Shown here: positions 1 to 9,152 of the stretch, piece after piece
How the letters are laid out: the number at the start of each line of letters is the position of its first letter
Position numbering within the stretch: position 1 is the first letter of the stretch
Source of the DNA: an uncultured Candidatus Saccharibacteria bacterium
Lineage (GTDB): Bacteria > Patescibacteriota > Minisyncoccia > 2-02-FULL-40-12 > IGHO2-01-FULL-4-A
Assembly (NCBI GenBank): GCA_964367475.1
Contig: CAYIXQ010000002.1
Coordinates: 1-45,032, forward strand
Reading direction: 5' to 3'
DNA length: 45,032 bases
Translations under genes and position numbers: made by a program
Notes under the pieces: model-generated
The model's database searches: none
What the model was told of the DNA's origin: nothing
The model's input: the letters and a program-made list of their open reading frames with translations, nothing else

Positions 1-29
1 GGTTCCGCGTTCGATTCGCGGGGGGCGGA
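1..29 (+). tRNA. 3' fragment of a tRNA gene cut by the window edge; isotype not determinable (C1:G72 plus A73 would fit tRNA-Pro, speculative); CCA not encoded
   Basis: T-arm CCGCG-TTCGATT-CGCGG (5-21), 3' acceptor strand GGGGCGG (22-28), discriminator A (29), followed by a terminator hairpin. Confidence 0.55.
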
Positions 30-33
30 CTGG

Positions 34-70
34 AAGAAAAGCATGCCCTAGGGCATGCTTTTCTTTGCTT
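34..70 (+). terminator. Rho-independent terminator after the tRNA
   Basis: AAGAAAAGCATGCCC-TA-GGGCATGCTTTTCTT perfect hairpin running into a T-rich tail. Confidence 0.7.
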
Positions 71-101
71 AATTTGATTTATTGTTTTATTATCAATATT
101 G

Positions 102-1493
102 ATGTTTAGAACTAATATCGTTGAAACGAAAGATAAAATAGGGGAAAGTGTGGATCTTTTTGGTTGGGTAAGCGGCCGGCGGGATCACGGCAAGATCATT
201 TTTATAGATCTTCGTGACCGATCCGGTGTTATCCAGGCGGTCATTACTCCTGGAGACAAAGAAATGTATGCCGCAGCCAATTCACTTCGCTCGGAGTGGG
301 TTTTACACTTAAGGGGCAAGATTGCGAGGCGTCCCGATAATATGATTAATCAGGAAATTGAAACCGGGGGCATCGAAATTCAACCTGAACTTCTTGAGAT
401 ATTGGCCGAGGCGCAGACGCCGCCTTTCGCTCTGAACACTGATGGCAAGGAAATTGGCGAGGAAAATAGGATGAAATACCGTTATTTAGATCTTCGCCGT
501 GATCGGCTTAGAAAGAATATTATTTCCCGTCACAGGGTCGTAAAATTTATCCGTGACTTTCTGGATAATAATGGATTCGTTGAAATTGAAACTCCTATCC
601 TGACTAAATCCACCCCGGAAGGCGCCAGAGATTATGTGGTTCCCTCTCGTCTCTATCCGGGTAAATTTTTTGCCTTGCCCCAGTCGCCGCAGCAGTATAA
701 ACAACTTTTAATGCTGGCGGGCCTGGAAAAGTATTTTCAAATTGCTCGCTGTTTTCGAGATGAGGATACGCGGGGGGATCGCCAGCCAGAATTCACCCAG
801 CTCGATTTAGAAATGTCTTTCGTGGACAGAGAGGATGTTATGAAGCTCAACGAATCGCTCTTAATCGACATCGTTAAAAACCTTTTTCCAGAAAAGAGAA
901 TTCAACAAATGCCTTTTCCAAGATTTTCTTATAAAGCGGTCATGAAAAAATATGGTGTTGATCGACCGGACCTAAGAGAAGATAAGAATGATCCGAATCT
1001 CTTGGCCTTTTGTTGGGTGATTGATTTTCCATTTTTCAAAAAAAGTGATGATGAAGGATGGACCTTTACTCATAATCCATTTTCCATGCCTGCCGCGGAA
1101 CACGTAGGTTGGTTAATGGAAAACAAAAATGTAGGCGATATTTTAACTACCCAGTACGACGTCGTTTTGAATGGGTTGGAAATCGGCGGCGGCAGTATCA
1201 GGAGCCACCAACCCCAGATTTTAAAAAAAGTGTTTGAAATTATGGGCTTTGCGGAAAATAGGATTAATGAAAATTTCGGCCATATACTCTCGGCACTTTC
1301 TTACGGCGCGCCCCCTCACGGCGGTATTGCCTGGGGGTTGGATAGATTAGTGGCGTCGCTTAACAATGAGCCGAATATCAGGGAAGTTATCGCTTTTCCT
1401 AAGACTGGTGATGCCCGGGAGCTGATGATGGATTCCCCAGCTGCGCTCGAAAAAAAACAACTCAAAGAATTGCATCTGGAGATTAAAAAATAG
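102..1493 (+). CDS. aspS: Aspartyl-tRNA synthetase, bacterial-type core without the GAD insertion domain (about 463 aa)
   Basis: Class II motifs FRDEDTRGDRQPEFTQLDLEMSF and GLEIGGGSIRSH, C-terminal YGAPPHGGIAWGLDRL; ATG at 102 (TTG at 99 in the ORF track). Confidence 0.95.
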   Translation: MFRTNIVETKDKIGESVDLFGWVSGRRDHGKIIFIDLRDRSGVIQAVITPGDKEMYAAANSLRSEWVLHLRGKIARRPDNMINQEIETGGIEIQPELLEILAEAQTPPFALNTDGKEIGEENRMKYRYLDLRRDRLRKNIISRHRVVKFIRDFLDNNGFVEIETPILTKSTPEGARDYVVPSRLYPGKFFALPQSPQQYKQLLMLAGLEKYFQIARCFRDEDTRGDRQPEFTQLDLEMSFVDREDVMKLNESLLIDIVKNLFPEKRIQQMPFPRFSYKAVMKKYGVDRPDLREDKNDPNLLAFCWVIDFPFFKKSDDEGWTFTHNPFSMPAAEHVGWLMENKNVGDILTTQYDVVLNGLEIGGGSIRSHQPQILKKVFEIMGFAENRINENFGHILSALSYGAPPHGGIAWGLDRLVASLNNEPNIREVIAFPKTGDARELMMDSPAALEKKQLKELHLEIKK

Positions 1494-1502
1494 AGCTCAT
1501 AT

Positions 1503-2438
1503 ATGCTAAGGCGACATCTAGTTTTAACTATCTTTGGAATGCCCATAATTATTCTGGCTGGTTTTTGGACGTGGCACAAGTACCCGTTTGATAATAAAAA
1601 CCTCACAGGTCAGTCACATTCCGTTGAAGCCCAAGCTTTTATCTTGCCGATCTCTCAAACAAATTATCTCCCGATCAGGAATTTCAATATTGAGGAACCG
1701 GATATTCAAGCCAAGGCGGCCGGGCTATACGACGTTCGTTCAGAAAGATTTCTGTACTCAAAAAACATTAATCAAAAAATGCCGGTGGCTTCTATTACAA
1801 AACTCATGACCGCTATTGTAATTATGGAAAACTTACCCTTAAATGAAACCTATAGCGTTGCCGCGGAGGATATAAACGTTGATGGTACAGGAGCTGATCT
1901 CCAAAAAGGCGAGAAAATTCGTGGCTCGGATTTACTAAAGATGATGCTTATTAAATCTTCAAACGATGCCGCCTTATCATTTGGCCGGTCAGCCTCGGAA
2001 AAAAATATTAACCTAGTCGCAAAAATGAATGACAAAGCCAAGATGCTGAACATGACGAATACCAAATTTAATGATCCCGCCGGGCTGAATGATGGCGAAT
2101 CTTTTTCGACGACTGATGATTTGGTAAAATTGGTTAGATACGTAAACAAGTACCCGGTTATCTGGGAAATTTTAATGACCAAAACGGCTAATATATCATC
2201 AGTCGATGGATCAATTACCCATCATCTTGTCTCCACGAATAGATTACTCGATGAAGTGAATGGCGTTATTGGCGGTAAGACTGGCTATACTGACGGCGCG
2301 CTTGAGACTATGGCCATGGAGGTGACGGCGAATGAGGGTAGTGACCGTTTGATCAGTATTATTCTGGGATCACAAGACCGCTTTGCCGAAACTAAAAAAC
2401 TAATTGACTGGGGAAGGAGCGCGTATAGATGGAAATAA
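1503..2438 (+). CDS. D-alanyl-D-alanine carboxypeptidase (S11, PBP5/6-like) with N-terminal membrane anchor
   Basis: SxxK (ASITKLMT), SxN (SSND) and KTG (GGKTGYT) motifs. Confidence 0.9.
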   Translation: MLRRHLVLTIFGMPIIILAGFWTWHKYPFDNKNLTGQSHSVEAQAFILPISQTNYLPIRNFNIEEPDIQAKAAGLYDVRSERFLYSKNINQKMPVASITKLMTAIVIMENLPLNETYSVAAEDINVDGTGADLQKGEKIRGSDLLKMMLIKSSNDAALSFGRSASEKNINLVAKMNDKAKMLNMTNTKFNDPAGLNDGESFSTTDDLVKLVRYVNKYPVIWEILMTKTANISSVDGSITHHLVSTNRLLDEVNGVIGGKTGYTDGALETMAMEVTANEGSDRLISIILGSQDRFAETKKLIDWGRSAYRWK

Positions 2439-2464
2439 AAATAAGTTAACTGCTTTATATCATT

Positions 2465-3544
2465 ATGACTGATCAATTACCGCAATTTTTTAATGTGTTC
2501 AATGTCGTCAGGATTTTTGCCGTGGCGACAATTTCATTTTTCTTGAGCTTGATCATTACCCCGCTTTGGACTAAATTCCTGTATAAGTTCAAAATGGGCA
2601 AACAGCTTCGCCAGGAAGGAACCCCGGTTTTTAACAAATTGCACAAAGCCAAGGAAGGTACGCCCACCATGGCCGGTTTCATTATCTGGGGTGCGGTTGC
2701 CAGCCTGACTCTTTTCTTTTGGATTTTGGCCGGCACTATTGATGGCTTTTGGTCTAAAATTGATTTTTTTTCCAGAAGCCAGGTGTGGCTACCCTTTGGT
2801 GCCATGGTCGTAGCCGGCCTTTTGGGCCTGCTCGATGATTATTTGGGAATTCTAAGAATTGGCCCTAAGGGAGGGGGATTATCAATGAAATATCAGCTTC
2901 TGCTGTATCTTTTGGTTGCCATCGGTGGGGCGTGGTGGTTTTACACCAAACTTGAGTTCAATTCCATCAACATTCCCTTTCTGGGCGATATTGTTGTCGG
3001 CTGGTGGTATGTGCCGATCTTTATTTTCATCATTGTGGCCACTTCTTTTTCTGCCAACGAAGCAGATGGTCTTGATGGTTTGGCGGCGGGGATATTTTTA
3101 ATCATGTTTGCCGCCTATGGAGTAATCGCTTTTGATCAGGGAAGGATGGACCTGGTGGTTTTTATCTCGGCAATTATGGGGGCCCTGATTGCCTTTCTCT
3201 GGTCTAACATTTATCCGGCCAGATTTTTTATGGGCGCCACGGGCTCCATGCCTTTAGGAGTGGTGCTGGGCGTGATTGCCATGTACACCAACACGCCTCT
3301 GCTTTTAATTCCCATCGGTGTGATTTTTATCGTCGAGTCCAGCTCGGTGATTATTCAAGTGATTTCAAAAAAAATTCGAGGGAAAAAAATTTTTCTCTCC
3401 ACCCCCATCCATCACCATTTTGAAGCTCGCGGCTGGCCCGAGACCCAAGTGACAATGCGGTTCTGGATGATTAACGCCATAGGAGCTATCATAGGATTAA
3501 TAATCTTTTTGGTTGATTCCAAGGTTCCTCCTCTTTTCCGTTAA
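2465..3544 (+). CDS. mraY: Phospho-N-acetylmuramoyl-pentapeptide transferase
   Basis: NEADGLDGLAAG and TPIHHHFE motifs, polytopic membrane protein. Confidence 0.96.
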   Translation: MTDQLPQFFNVFNVVRIFAVATISFFLSLIITPLWTKFLYKFKMGKQLRQEGTPVFNKLHKAKEGTPTMAGFIIWGAVASLTLFFWILAGTIDGFWSKIDFFSRSQVWLPFGAMVVAGLLGLLDDYLGILRIGPKGGGLSMKYQLLLYLLVAIGGAWWFYTKLEFNSINIPFLGDIVVGWWYVPIFIFIIVATSFSANEADGLDGLAAGIFLIMFAAYGVIAFDQGRMDLVVFISAIMGALIAFLWSNIYPARFFMGATGSMPLGVVLGVIAMYTNTPLLLIPIGVIFIVESSSVIIQVISKKIRGKKIFLSTPIHHHFEARGWPETQVTMRFWMINAIGAIIGLIIFLVDSKVPPLFR

Positions 3545-3567
3545 TGCAAGTATCAGTTAAATCCTAG

Positions 3568-3573
3568 TATAAT
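3568..3573 (+). promoter_or_regulatory. Candidate -10 box giving a leaderless ftsW mRNA
   Basis: TATAAT with 6 nt to the ATG at 3580, no Shine-Dalgarno. Confidence 0.4.
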
Positions 3574-3579
3574 AAACTT

Positions 3580-4671
3580 ATGCGTCTTTCGGGTGCTGGT
3601 AAAACTCTAACCGCGCTAGTTTTTATTTTAGTGATTTTAGGTTTAGCCATGTTATCTTCCGCTGGAATTGTAGAGGGCCAGAAAAAGTTTGATGCGCCGT
3701 ACCATTTCTTTAAACATCAGCTGCTGTACGGTGCGCTACCCGGTTTAGCGCTTTTTTTAATCGCCTCACGGATAAATTACAAAATCTGGCGCAAGTTGGC
3801 ACTGCCGATTTTAATTTGTGTAATTGGGCTCGTGGTCCTGATATTTATCCCGGGTTTTGGTGTGACCGTGAAAGGCGCTCAAAGGTGGGTAAACCTGGGC
3901 GATTTCTCCTTCCAGCCTGCAGAATTTTTAAAGCTAGCCATAATTCTTTATCTGGCGGCCTGGTTTAGCCGCCGGGACAGCCATATTTCGGGTCATTGGG
4001 CATATTCGGTAGTACCTTTTTTGCTAGTGCTCGGCTTTGTTGGATTGTTACTTATTCTTCAGCCGGATATTAAGACACTGGCTTTAATCACATTGATCTC
4101 GATGTCGTTGTATTTTTTTGCTGGAGCCAAGCCGGCACATATAATGATTTTCTTTTTAGCATTTGGTTTGGTCTTGGCTGCCCTTTCTCTCGAACCGTAT
4201 CGTTTTAATCGCATTAAAACGTATCTTAATCCGTCCGTCGATCAACAAGGAGCTTCATATCATATTAATCAGGCGCTCTTGGGCGTCGGCTCAGGCGGTA
4301 TCTTCGGTCTTGGTTATGGCCAAAGCAAACAAAAAATTAACTATTTGCCGGAACCCGTGGGCGACTCAATCTTTGCCGTCATTGTTGAGGAAATGGGTTT
4401 TGTGGGAGGCGCCGTGGTCCTGGGTTTATTTTTGGTATTAATGCTAACTCTCGTCAAGATAGCAAATAATGCGAGAGATCAGTTCGCCAAATTATATGTC
4501 CTTGGGGTGGCGGTTTGGATCATAGCCCAAGCGTTTGTAAATATCGGCGCCATCTTAAACCTCATCCCACTAACTGGCGTGCCGCTGCCTTTTTTCAGTT
4601 TTGGCAGTTCGTCGCTGGTGGCTATTTTGGCTTCACTGGGCATTGCTACCAATATGGCTAGGCACGGATAA
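3580..4671 (+). CDS. ftsW: SEDS-family peptidoglycan polymerase FtsW/RodA (next to mraY, so called ftsW)
   Basis: LPEPVGDSIFAVIVEEMGFVG SEDS signature, about 10 TM segments. Confidence 0.9.
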   Translation: MRLSGAGKTLTALVFILVILGLAMLSSAGIVEGQKKFDAPYHFFKHQLLYGALPGLALFLIASRINYKIWRKLALPILICVIGLVVLIFIPGFGVTVKGAQRWVNLGDFSFQPAEFLKLAIILYLAAWFSRRDSHISGHWAYSVVPFLLVLGFVGLLLILQPDIKTLALITLISMSLYFFAGAKPAHIMIFFLAFGLVLAALSLEPYRFNRIKTYLNPSVDQQGASYHINQALLGVGSGGIFGLGYGQSKQKINYLPEPVGDSIFAVIVEEMGFVGGAVVLGLFLVLMLTLVKIANNARDQFAKLYVLGVAVWIIAQAFVNIGAILNLIPLTGVPLPFFSFGSSSLVAILASLGIATNMARHG

Positions 4672-4679
4672 AAACTATT

Positions 4680-4711
4680 CCCCACTTTCTGGTACTTCTC
4701 TGAAAGTGGGG
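4680..4711. terminator. Hairpin between convergent ftsW and rpsT; a T-run follows only on the minus strand (rpsT terminator)
   Basis: CCCCACTTTC-N12-GAAAGTGGGG; minus strand continues AATAGTTTTTAT. Confidence 0.6.
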
Positions 4712-4719
4712 GGATAGCT

Positions 4720-4977
4720 TTATCGAGGTAAGGCGTGGGCAAGGCGAGACTTAAGCCGGCTGGCCTTGTTTTTTTTGATGGTGCCGACCTTAGCGGTTTT
4801 ATCAAGCGCTTGGTAAACTCGCGATAAAAGTTGTTTGGCTTTATCGAATTCTTTGCCACTGATGGCCACGCGAAATTCCTTAACCAAACCCCGATACTTA
4901 TTCTTCCGGATTATATTTCTCGCTTTTCGGGTGGCTGATTGTCTTAGTGCCTTTTTGGCCGATTTTGTTATGGGCAT
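4720..4977 (-). CDS. rpsT: 30S ribosomal protein S20
   Basis: MPITKSAKKALRQSATRKARN... typical basic S20 sequence, 85 aa. Confidence 0.95.
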   Translation of the reverse strand: MPITKSAKKALRQSATRKARNIIRKNKYRGLVKEFRVAISGKEFDKAKQLLSRVYQALDKTAKVGTIKKNKASRLKSRLAHALPR

Positions 4978-5045
4978 ATTAATACGTATTAGTTCTCAAA
5001 TATTAACAGCAAAGTGACAAGCCGTCTAGGCCTAGTCCAGTTCAT

Positions 5046-5082
5046 AGAAAATAATAGAAAAGCCGATTCTTTTGAATCGGCT
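5046..5082 (-). terminator. Rho-independent terminator of uvrB
   Basis: Minus strand AGCCGATTC-AAAA-GAATCGGCT followed by TTTTCTATTATTTTC. Confidence 0.75.
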
Positions 5083-5198
5083 GAAAGGGCTGAAACGAGG
5101 TGTTGTATATTCATCCCACCCCACCCTCTCCTAGGTATTGGGGGAGTTATTAGGTCCGGCCGCCAAGCGACTACCTAGGTAAATCTAGGTTTTGCCGG

Positions 5199-7208
5199 TC
5201 AAGGGGCTTGTTTCTTAAGCCTCTGAATTTCCTCTCTTAAAACAAGCGCTTTTTCAAATTGGAGTTCTTTTACCGCTCTTTGCATCTCTTTGGTCAGATA
5301 TTCAATTCTCTTATCCATGGGCATTTTCTCCAGATCCCCTTTTTCAATATGGTCATAGCTATACCAGCGAGCAATCTTTGTCTTTTGTTTTGAAGAGGGC
5401 AAATCATACTTTTTAATTTCTTTGCTAATGGTTTCCGGAGTGATATTATGTTTCTGATTATATTCTTCCTGAATTTTTCGGCGCCGGTCGGTTTCCCTGA
5501 TGGCATTCGTCATTGAGCGCGTCACTTTGTCAGCATACATAATCACATGACCGTTTATATGCCTAGCCGCTCTGCCCATGGTCTGAATTAGAGTGGTAGC
5601 ATTGCGCAAAAAACCTTCCTTATCCGCATCCAGAATCGCCACCAGCGATACCTCCGGCAGATCCAAGCCTTCTCTCAATAAATTTACGCCCACGATGACA
5701 TCATATGTTCCCAAGCGCAGATCGTGGATAATTTCCAGTCGCTCCAGCGTCTTAATTTCAGAATGGATATAATTGACTTTAACCCCGGCCTCTAAGAGAT
5801 AATCAGTTAAATCTTCAGCCATGCGCTTAGTGAGGGTAGTGATCAAAACTCTCTGGCTTTGTTCAACTCTTTTTTTGATCTCGCCGATCAGGTGAGGCAC
5901 CTGATTCTTTGTTGGTCGGACCTCAATCGTTGGATCAATCAAACCGGTGGGTCGGACCAATTGCTCGGCTATTCCTTTTTTGCCAGATTTTTTTAATTCG
6001 TATTGTTTAGGGGTGGCCGAAATATATATCCTTTGTCCAATGTTCTTATCAAATTCAGCAAAGCGCAAAGGGCGATTGTCTAAGGCCGAAGGCAGTCTAA
6101 AACCATGTTCAACCAAAGTGATTTTGCGAGAATAGTCGCCGCCGTGCATACCAAAAATTTGCGGGATCGTTAAATGTGATTCATCAATAATCGTTAGAAA
6201 TTCTCCTTTGGTTTTGAAAAAATCTATAAGCGTAAACGGTGAATCCCCCGCCTCGCGAAAATCAAAATGCCTTGAGTAATTCTCAATTCCCGGGCAATAA
6301 CCGACCTGTTTAATTGAACGGAGATCTTCTTCGGTGCGAGACTTGAGCCTTTCCGCTTCGGTAATATAACCGTGTTTATTCAGGTATTTTAAATGCTGCT
6401 GAAGCTCGGCCTTAATGTTGGTAATCGCCAGGTCAGTTTTATCAACCGTGGCGATCCAATACTTTGCCGGGAATATCCGGGTTTCAATTATTTTCTCAAA
6501 TCTCGGTTCTTTGTACAGGACGGTGTCAAGATTAATACTATCGGCCATAAATATTTTAGCTATTTTGTTAGAGCCAATTTTGAGTTTTATAATTCTATCG
6601 CCGGATGATGAAACAATTTCGATTTCATCACGGGTTTTTCGAAAGGCGCCTCTTTTTAACTCAATATCCCGGACGTATTGCAGGCGCGTAAGCGACTGAA
6701 CTAATTCATGTGCAGTAATTTTCTGTCCCTCGAATACTCTTAAACTTAATTTCTGGTAATCTTCCGGCGAACCAAGATTGTAAATGCATGATACGGAAGA
6801 GACGATAATAATATCGTCTCGAGTGAGCAAGGCTTGGGTGGCTGCGTGTCGCAGGCGATCAATTTCTTCATTTATCTTGGCACTCTTTTCAATATAGGTA
6901 TCAGTGTGAGGGATATAAGCTTCCGGCTGGTAGTAGTCGTAATAACTGACAAAATAATGGACAGAGTTTTTTGGAAAAAATTCTTTAAATTCCTGATAAA
7001 GTTGAGCCGCCAGAGTTTTGTTATGGGAAATAACCAAGGTCGGCTTGCCAATATTCCGGATGACATTAGCGATTGTGAATGTTTTACCCGAACCCGTCAC
7101 CCCCAAAAGCGTCTGGTGTTTCAGGCTATGTTCAATTCCCATGGTTAATTTCTCGATCGCCTGGGGTTGATCACCGGTCGGATCAAATTTTGCGGCTAAC
7201 TTGAACAT
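5199..7208 (-). CDS. uvrB: Excinuclease ABC subunit B
   Basis: Walker A GVTGSGKTFT, DESH box (IIDESHLT), C-terminal UVR coiled coil. Confidence 0.97.
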   Translation of the reverse strand: MFKLAAKFDPTGDQPQAIEKLTMGIEHSLKHQTLLGVTGSGKTFTIANVIRNIGKPTLVISHNKTLAAQLYQEFKEFFPKNSVHYFVSYYDYYQPEAYIPHTDTYIEKSAKINEEIDRLRHAATQALLTRDDIIIVSSVSCIYNLGSPEDYQKLSLRVFEGQKITAHELVQSLTRLQYVRDIELKRGAFRKTRDEIEIVSSSGDRIIKLKIGSNKIAKIFMADSINLDTVLYKEPRFEKIIETRIFPAKYWIATVDKTDLAITNIKAELQQHLKYLNKHGYITEAERLKSRTEEDLRSIKQVGYCPGIENYSRHFDFREAGDSPFTLIDFFKTKGEFLTIIDESHLTIPQIFGMHGGDYSRKITLVEHGFRLPSALDNRPLRFAEFDKNIGQRIYISATPKQYELKKSGKKGIAEQLVRPTGLIDPTIEVRPTKNQVPHLIGEIKKRVEQSQRVLITTLTKRMAEDLTDYLLEAGVKVNYIHSEIKTLERLEIIHDLRLGTYDVIVGVNLLREGLDLPEVSLVAILDADKEGFLRNATTLIQTMGRAARHINGHVIMYADKVTRSMTNAIRETDRRRKIQEEYNQKHNITPETISKEIKKYDLPSSKQKTKIARWYSYDHIEKGDLEKMPMDKRIEYLTKEMQRAVKELQFEKALVLREEIQRLKKQAP

Positions 7209-7247
7209 TTTGTGGTTTTACTGTATAAATCGTGGGGAGGGTGATTT

Positions 7248-7478
7248 ATGACATGTAGTCGTAGTATTAGGTTTTTCTTACTCTTTTTGGGGTCGCTGGT
7301 ATTGTCATTGGGACTGACCATTCTTGGAGTGATGGTAGCCGTGGCAGCTTTTTCTGATGTTGACGTTCCTTTGTGGAAAATTGCTAGTCGAATTCTATTT
7401 TGTATTGTAGTTTTGGTTTTCGCGGTCCATCTATCAATAAGAACCGTCGAAAACTGGCGTAGTTTCCGCGCCTCGTGA
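7248..7478 (+). CDS. Small hypothetical membrane protein (76 aa, two TM helices)
   Basis: Strong SD GGGGAGGGTGA 4-5 nt before the ATG, own terminator overlapping the stop codon. Confidence 0.6.
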   Translation: MTCSRSIRFFLLFLGSLVLSLGLTILGVMVAVAAFSDVDVPLWKIASRILFCIVVLVFAVHLSIRTVENWRSFRAS

Positions 7479-7497
7479 AAGCGAGGCTTTTTTATTT
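7470..7497 (+). terminator. Rho-independent terminator
   Basis: GCCTCG-TGAAAG-CGAGGC followed by TTTTTTATTT. Confidence 0.8.
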
Positions 7498-7530
7498 GAT
7501 AAACTTTCTCAAAAGAGCTAGGATTTAACT

Positions 7531-8118
7531 ATGATTGGTTACATTTCCGGTACGGTTCAAGCTATTTCAGGGCGCAATATTATTGTGGATGTTAATGGGG
7601 TGGGTTATCGGGTGACCATGCCAGAAAAGAGTCTGAATAGCATAGCAAAAACGGGCGAGGCGATCAAGCTCTACACTCACTATTCCATGAATCCGCGGGA
7701 CGGCAATATTGAGCTCTATGGTTTCCTAACGCCGGAAGAGTTAAATTTTTTCGAACTGCTTACATCCATCTCCGGGATTGGTCCAAAATCAGCGCAGGCC
7801 ATTCTGACTTCAGCTGATTTACAGCAGTTACAGCTCGGCATTATTCGAGGCGATGAGGTTTTTTTGCATAAAGTTGCCGGTATTGGACCCAAGACTGCTC
7901 AACGGCTTATTTTAGAACTGAAAACCAAAATCGCTACCGTTGATTTGGGTGCGGATGCCGGCCGAGAATTAGGTACTGATTCTGAAGCAGTAGAAGCCTT
8001 GGTGGCTCTTGGTTATTCTCAATATCAGGCCCGCGATGCCATCAAATCCATTGCCGCCAATTTGAAATCATCGGAAGATAAGATCAAAGCGGCATTAAAA
8101 ATACTTGCCAGAAAATGA
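7531..8118 (+). CDS. ruvA: Holliday junction DNA helicase subunit RuvA
   Basis: N-terminal OB fold MIGYISG..., two HhH motifs (ISGIGPKSAQAIL, VAGIGPKTAQRLI). Confidence 0.95.
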   Translation: MIGYISGTVQAISGRNIIVDVNGVGYRVTMPEKSLNSIAKTGEAIKLYTHYSMNPRDGNIELYGFLTPEELNFFELLTSISGIGPKSAQAILTSADLQQLQLGIIRGDEVFLHKVAGIGPKTAQRLILELKTKIATVDLGADAGRELGTDSEAVEALVALGYSQYQARDAIKSIAANLKSSEDKIKAALKILARK

Positions 8119-8132
8119 ATTTCTAAATTTTG

Positions 8133-9047
8133 ATGTCTTTTCTCCAATCCAAACCATGGGCAAAATTTCAGGAGTCACTGGGTAGACCTTTCTTCGAGTA
8201 TAGCGAAGATAATATCAAGGCAATAGTATTTAAATACCCCTTGCCTTTTGGAAAAAGTTATCTGTATATTCCCCACGGCCCAGACCTTAATACCACGCAG
8301 ATATTCGGCGGTTTTAAAAATCCGATGGCGAGATTCATCAATTATTTGCAAGCTCTGGCCCAAAAAGAAAAAGCAATTTACATCAAAATCGAGCCCACCA
8401 TCGATCATGTTGCGCAACTATTTATGGAGAATAAGTTTAAAGTGTCCAAAAAAGAAATTCAGCCCCGAAAAACAGTGATCATTGATATGAATCAGACTGA
8501 GGAGGAACTTTTGAACATGATGCATCACAAGACCAGATATAATATTAAAGTAGCCGAGAAATACGGTGTGAAAATCAAACCGAGTCACGATGCAGATTTT
8601 TTTTGGATGTTATTAAAAAAAACCTCGCGACGTGACCAGTTCTACACCCACGAAGAGAAATACTATAAAAAACTGCTCGATTCCTTTACACTCGAAGGCG
8701 AAATTGAAACAAACTTAATGCTGGCTTGGTTTGAAAACAAACCGGTAGCCGGCGCCATCATTTTGAATGATGGCCGAAATGCCTATTATCTCCATGGAGC
8801 TTCGGACTATGATTATCGTAAATACATGGCGCCATATATGCTGCATTGGGACATAATAAAAAGTTTAAAGTCTAAGGGTTTAAAGAGTTATGACTGGTGG
8901 GGAATTGATACGCAGAACTGGCCAGGGGTAAGCCGATTTAAACTCGGTTGGGGTGGTCGGATAGTTGAATACCCGGGTTCGTTCGATCTGCCGATTTCTG
9001 AATTTTGGTATCGAGTTTATCAGATGACCAGAAAATTGCGCCGGTAA
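8133..9047 (+). CDS. FemAB-family peptidoglycan interpeptide-bridge aminoacyltransferase
   Basis: Length and C-terminal pattern HGASDYDYRKYMAPYMLHWDIIK...YDWWGI typical of FemX/MurM-type GNAT-fold proteins; adjacent to murE. Confidence 0.75.
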   Translation: MSFLQSKPWAKFQESLGRPFFEYSEDNIKAIVFKYPLPFGKSYLYIPHGPDLNTTQIFGGFKNPMARFINYLQALAQKEKAIYIKIEPTIDHVAQLFMENKFKVSKKEIQPRKTVIIDMNQTEEELLNMMHHKTRYNIKVAEKYGVKIKPSHDADFFWMLLKKTSRRDQFYTHEEKYYKKLLDSFTLEGEIETNLMLAWFENKPVAGAIILNDGRNAYYLHGASDYDYRKYMAPYMLHWDIIKSLKSKGLKSYDWWGIDTQNWPGVSRFKLGWGGRIVEYPGSFDLPISEFWYRVYQMTRKLRR

Positions 9048-9060
9048 ATTGAATTTCCAT

Positions 9061-9098
9061 CACTATCATTTTACCACGATCGTGGTAAAATGATAGTG
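9061..9098. repeat. Family-2 empty palindrome: perfect 38-bp palindrome, also plausibly the terminator of the Fem-like gene
   Basis: CACTATCATTTTACCACGA|TCGTGGTAAAATGATAGTG followed by TTTTT; the same 19-bp arms bracket a 75-bp insert at 33532-33644. Confidence 0.9.
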
Positions 9099-9152
9099 TT
9101 TTTCAGCTATACCCAAACCAGTTCACTGATACCCGAATCAATTATTTACCCC

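Noticed and set aside
3558-3568. Short matches to the family-1 TIR variant: TAAATCCTAGT before ftsW, and TAGGATTTA at 7519-7527 and 35821-35829
   Set aside because: At 9-11 nt in AT-rich sequence these are not statistically distinguishable from chance, so they are not counted as remnants.
5087-5098. 12-mer GGGCTGAAACGA shared with 21168-21179 in another intergenic region
   Set aside because: In 45 kb (both strands), dozens of exact 12-mer coincidences are expected by chance, and there is no extended similarity.
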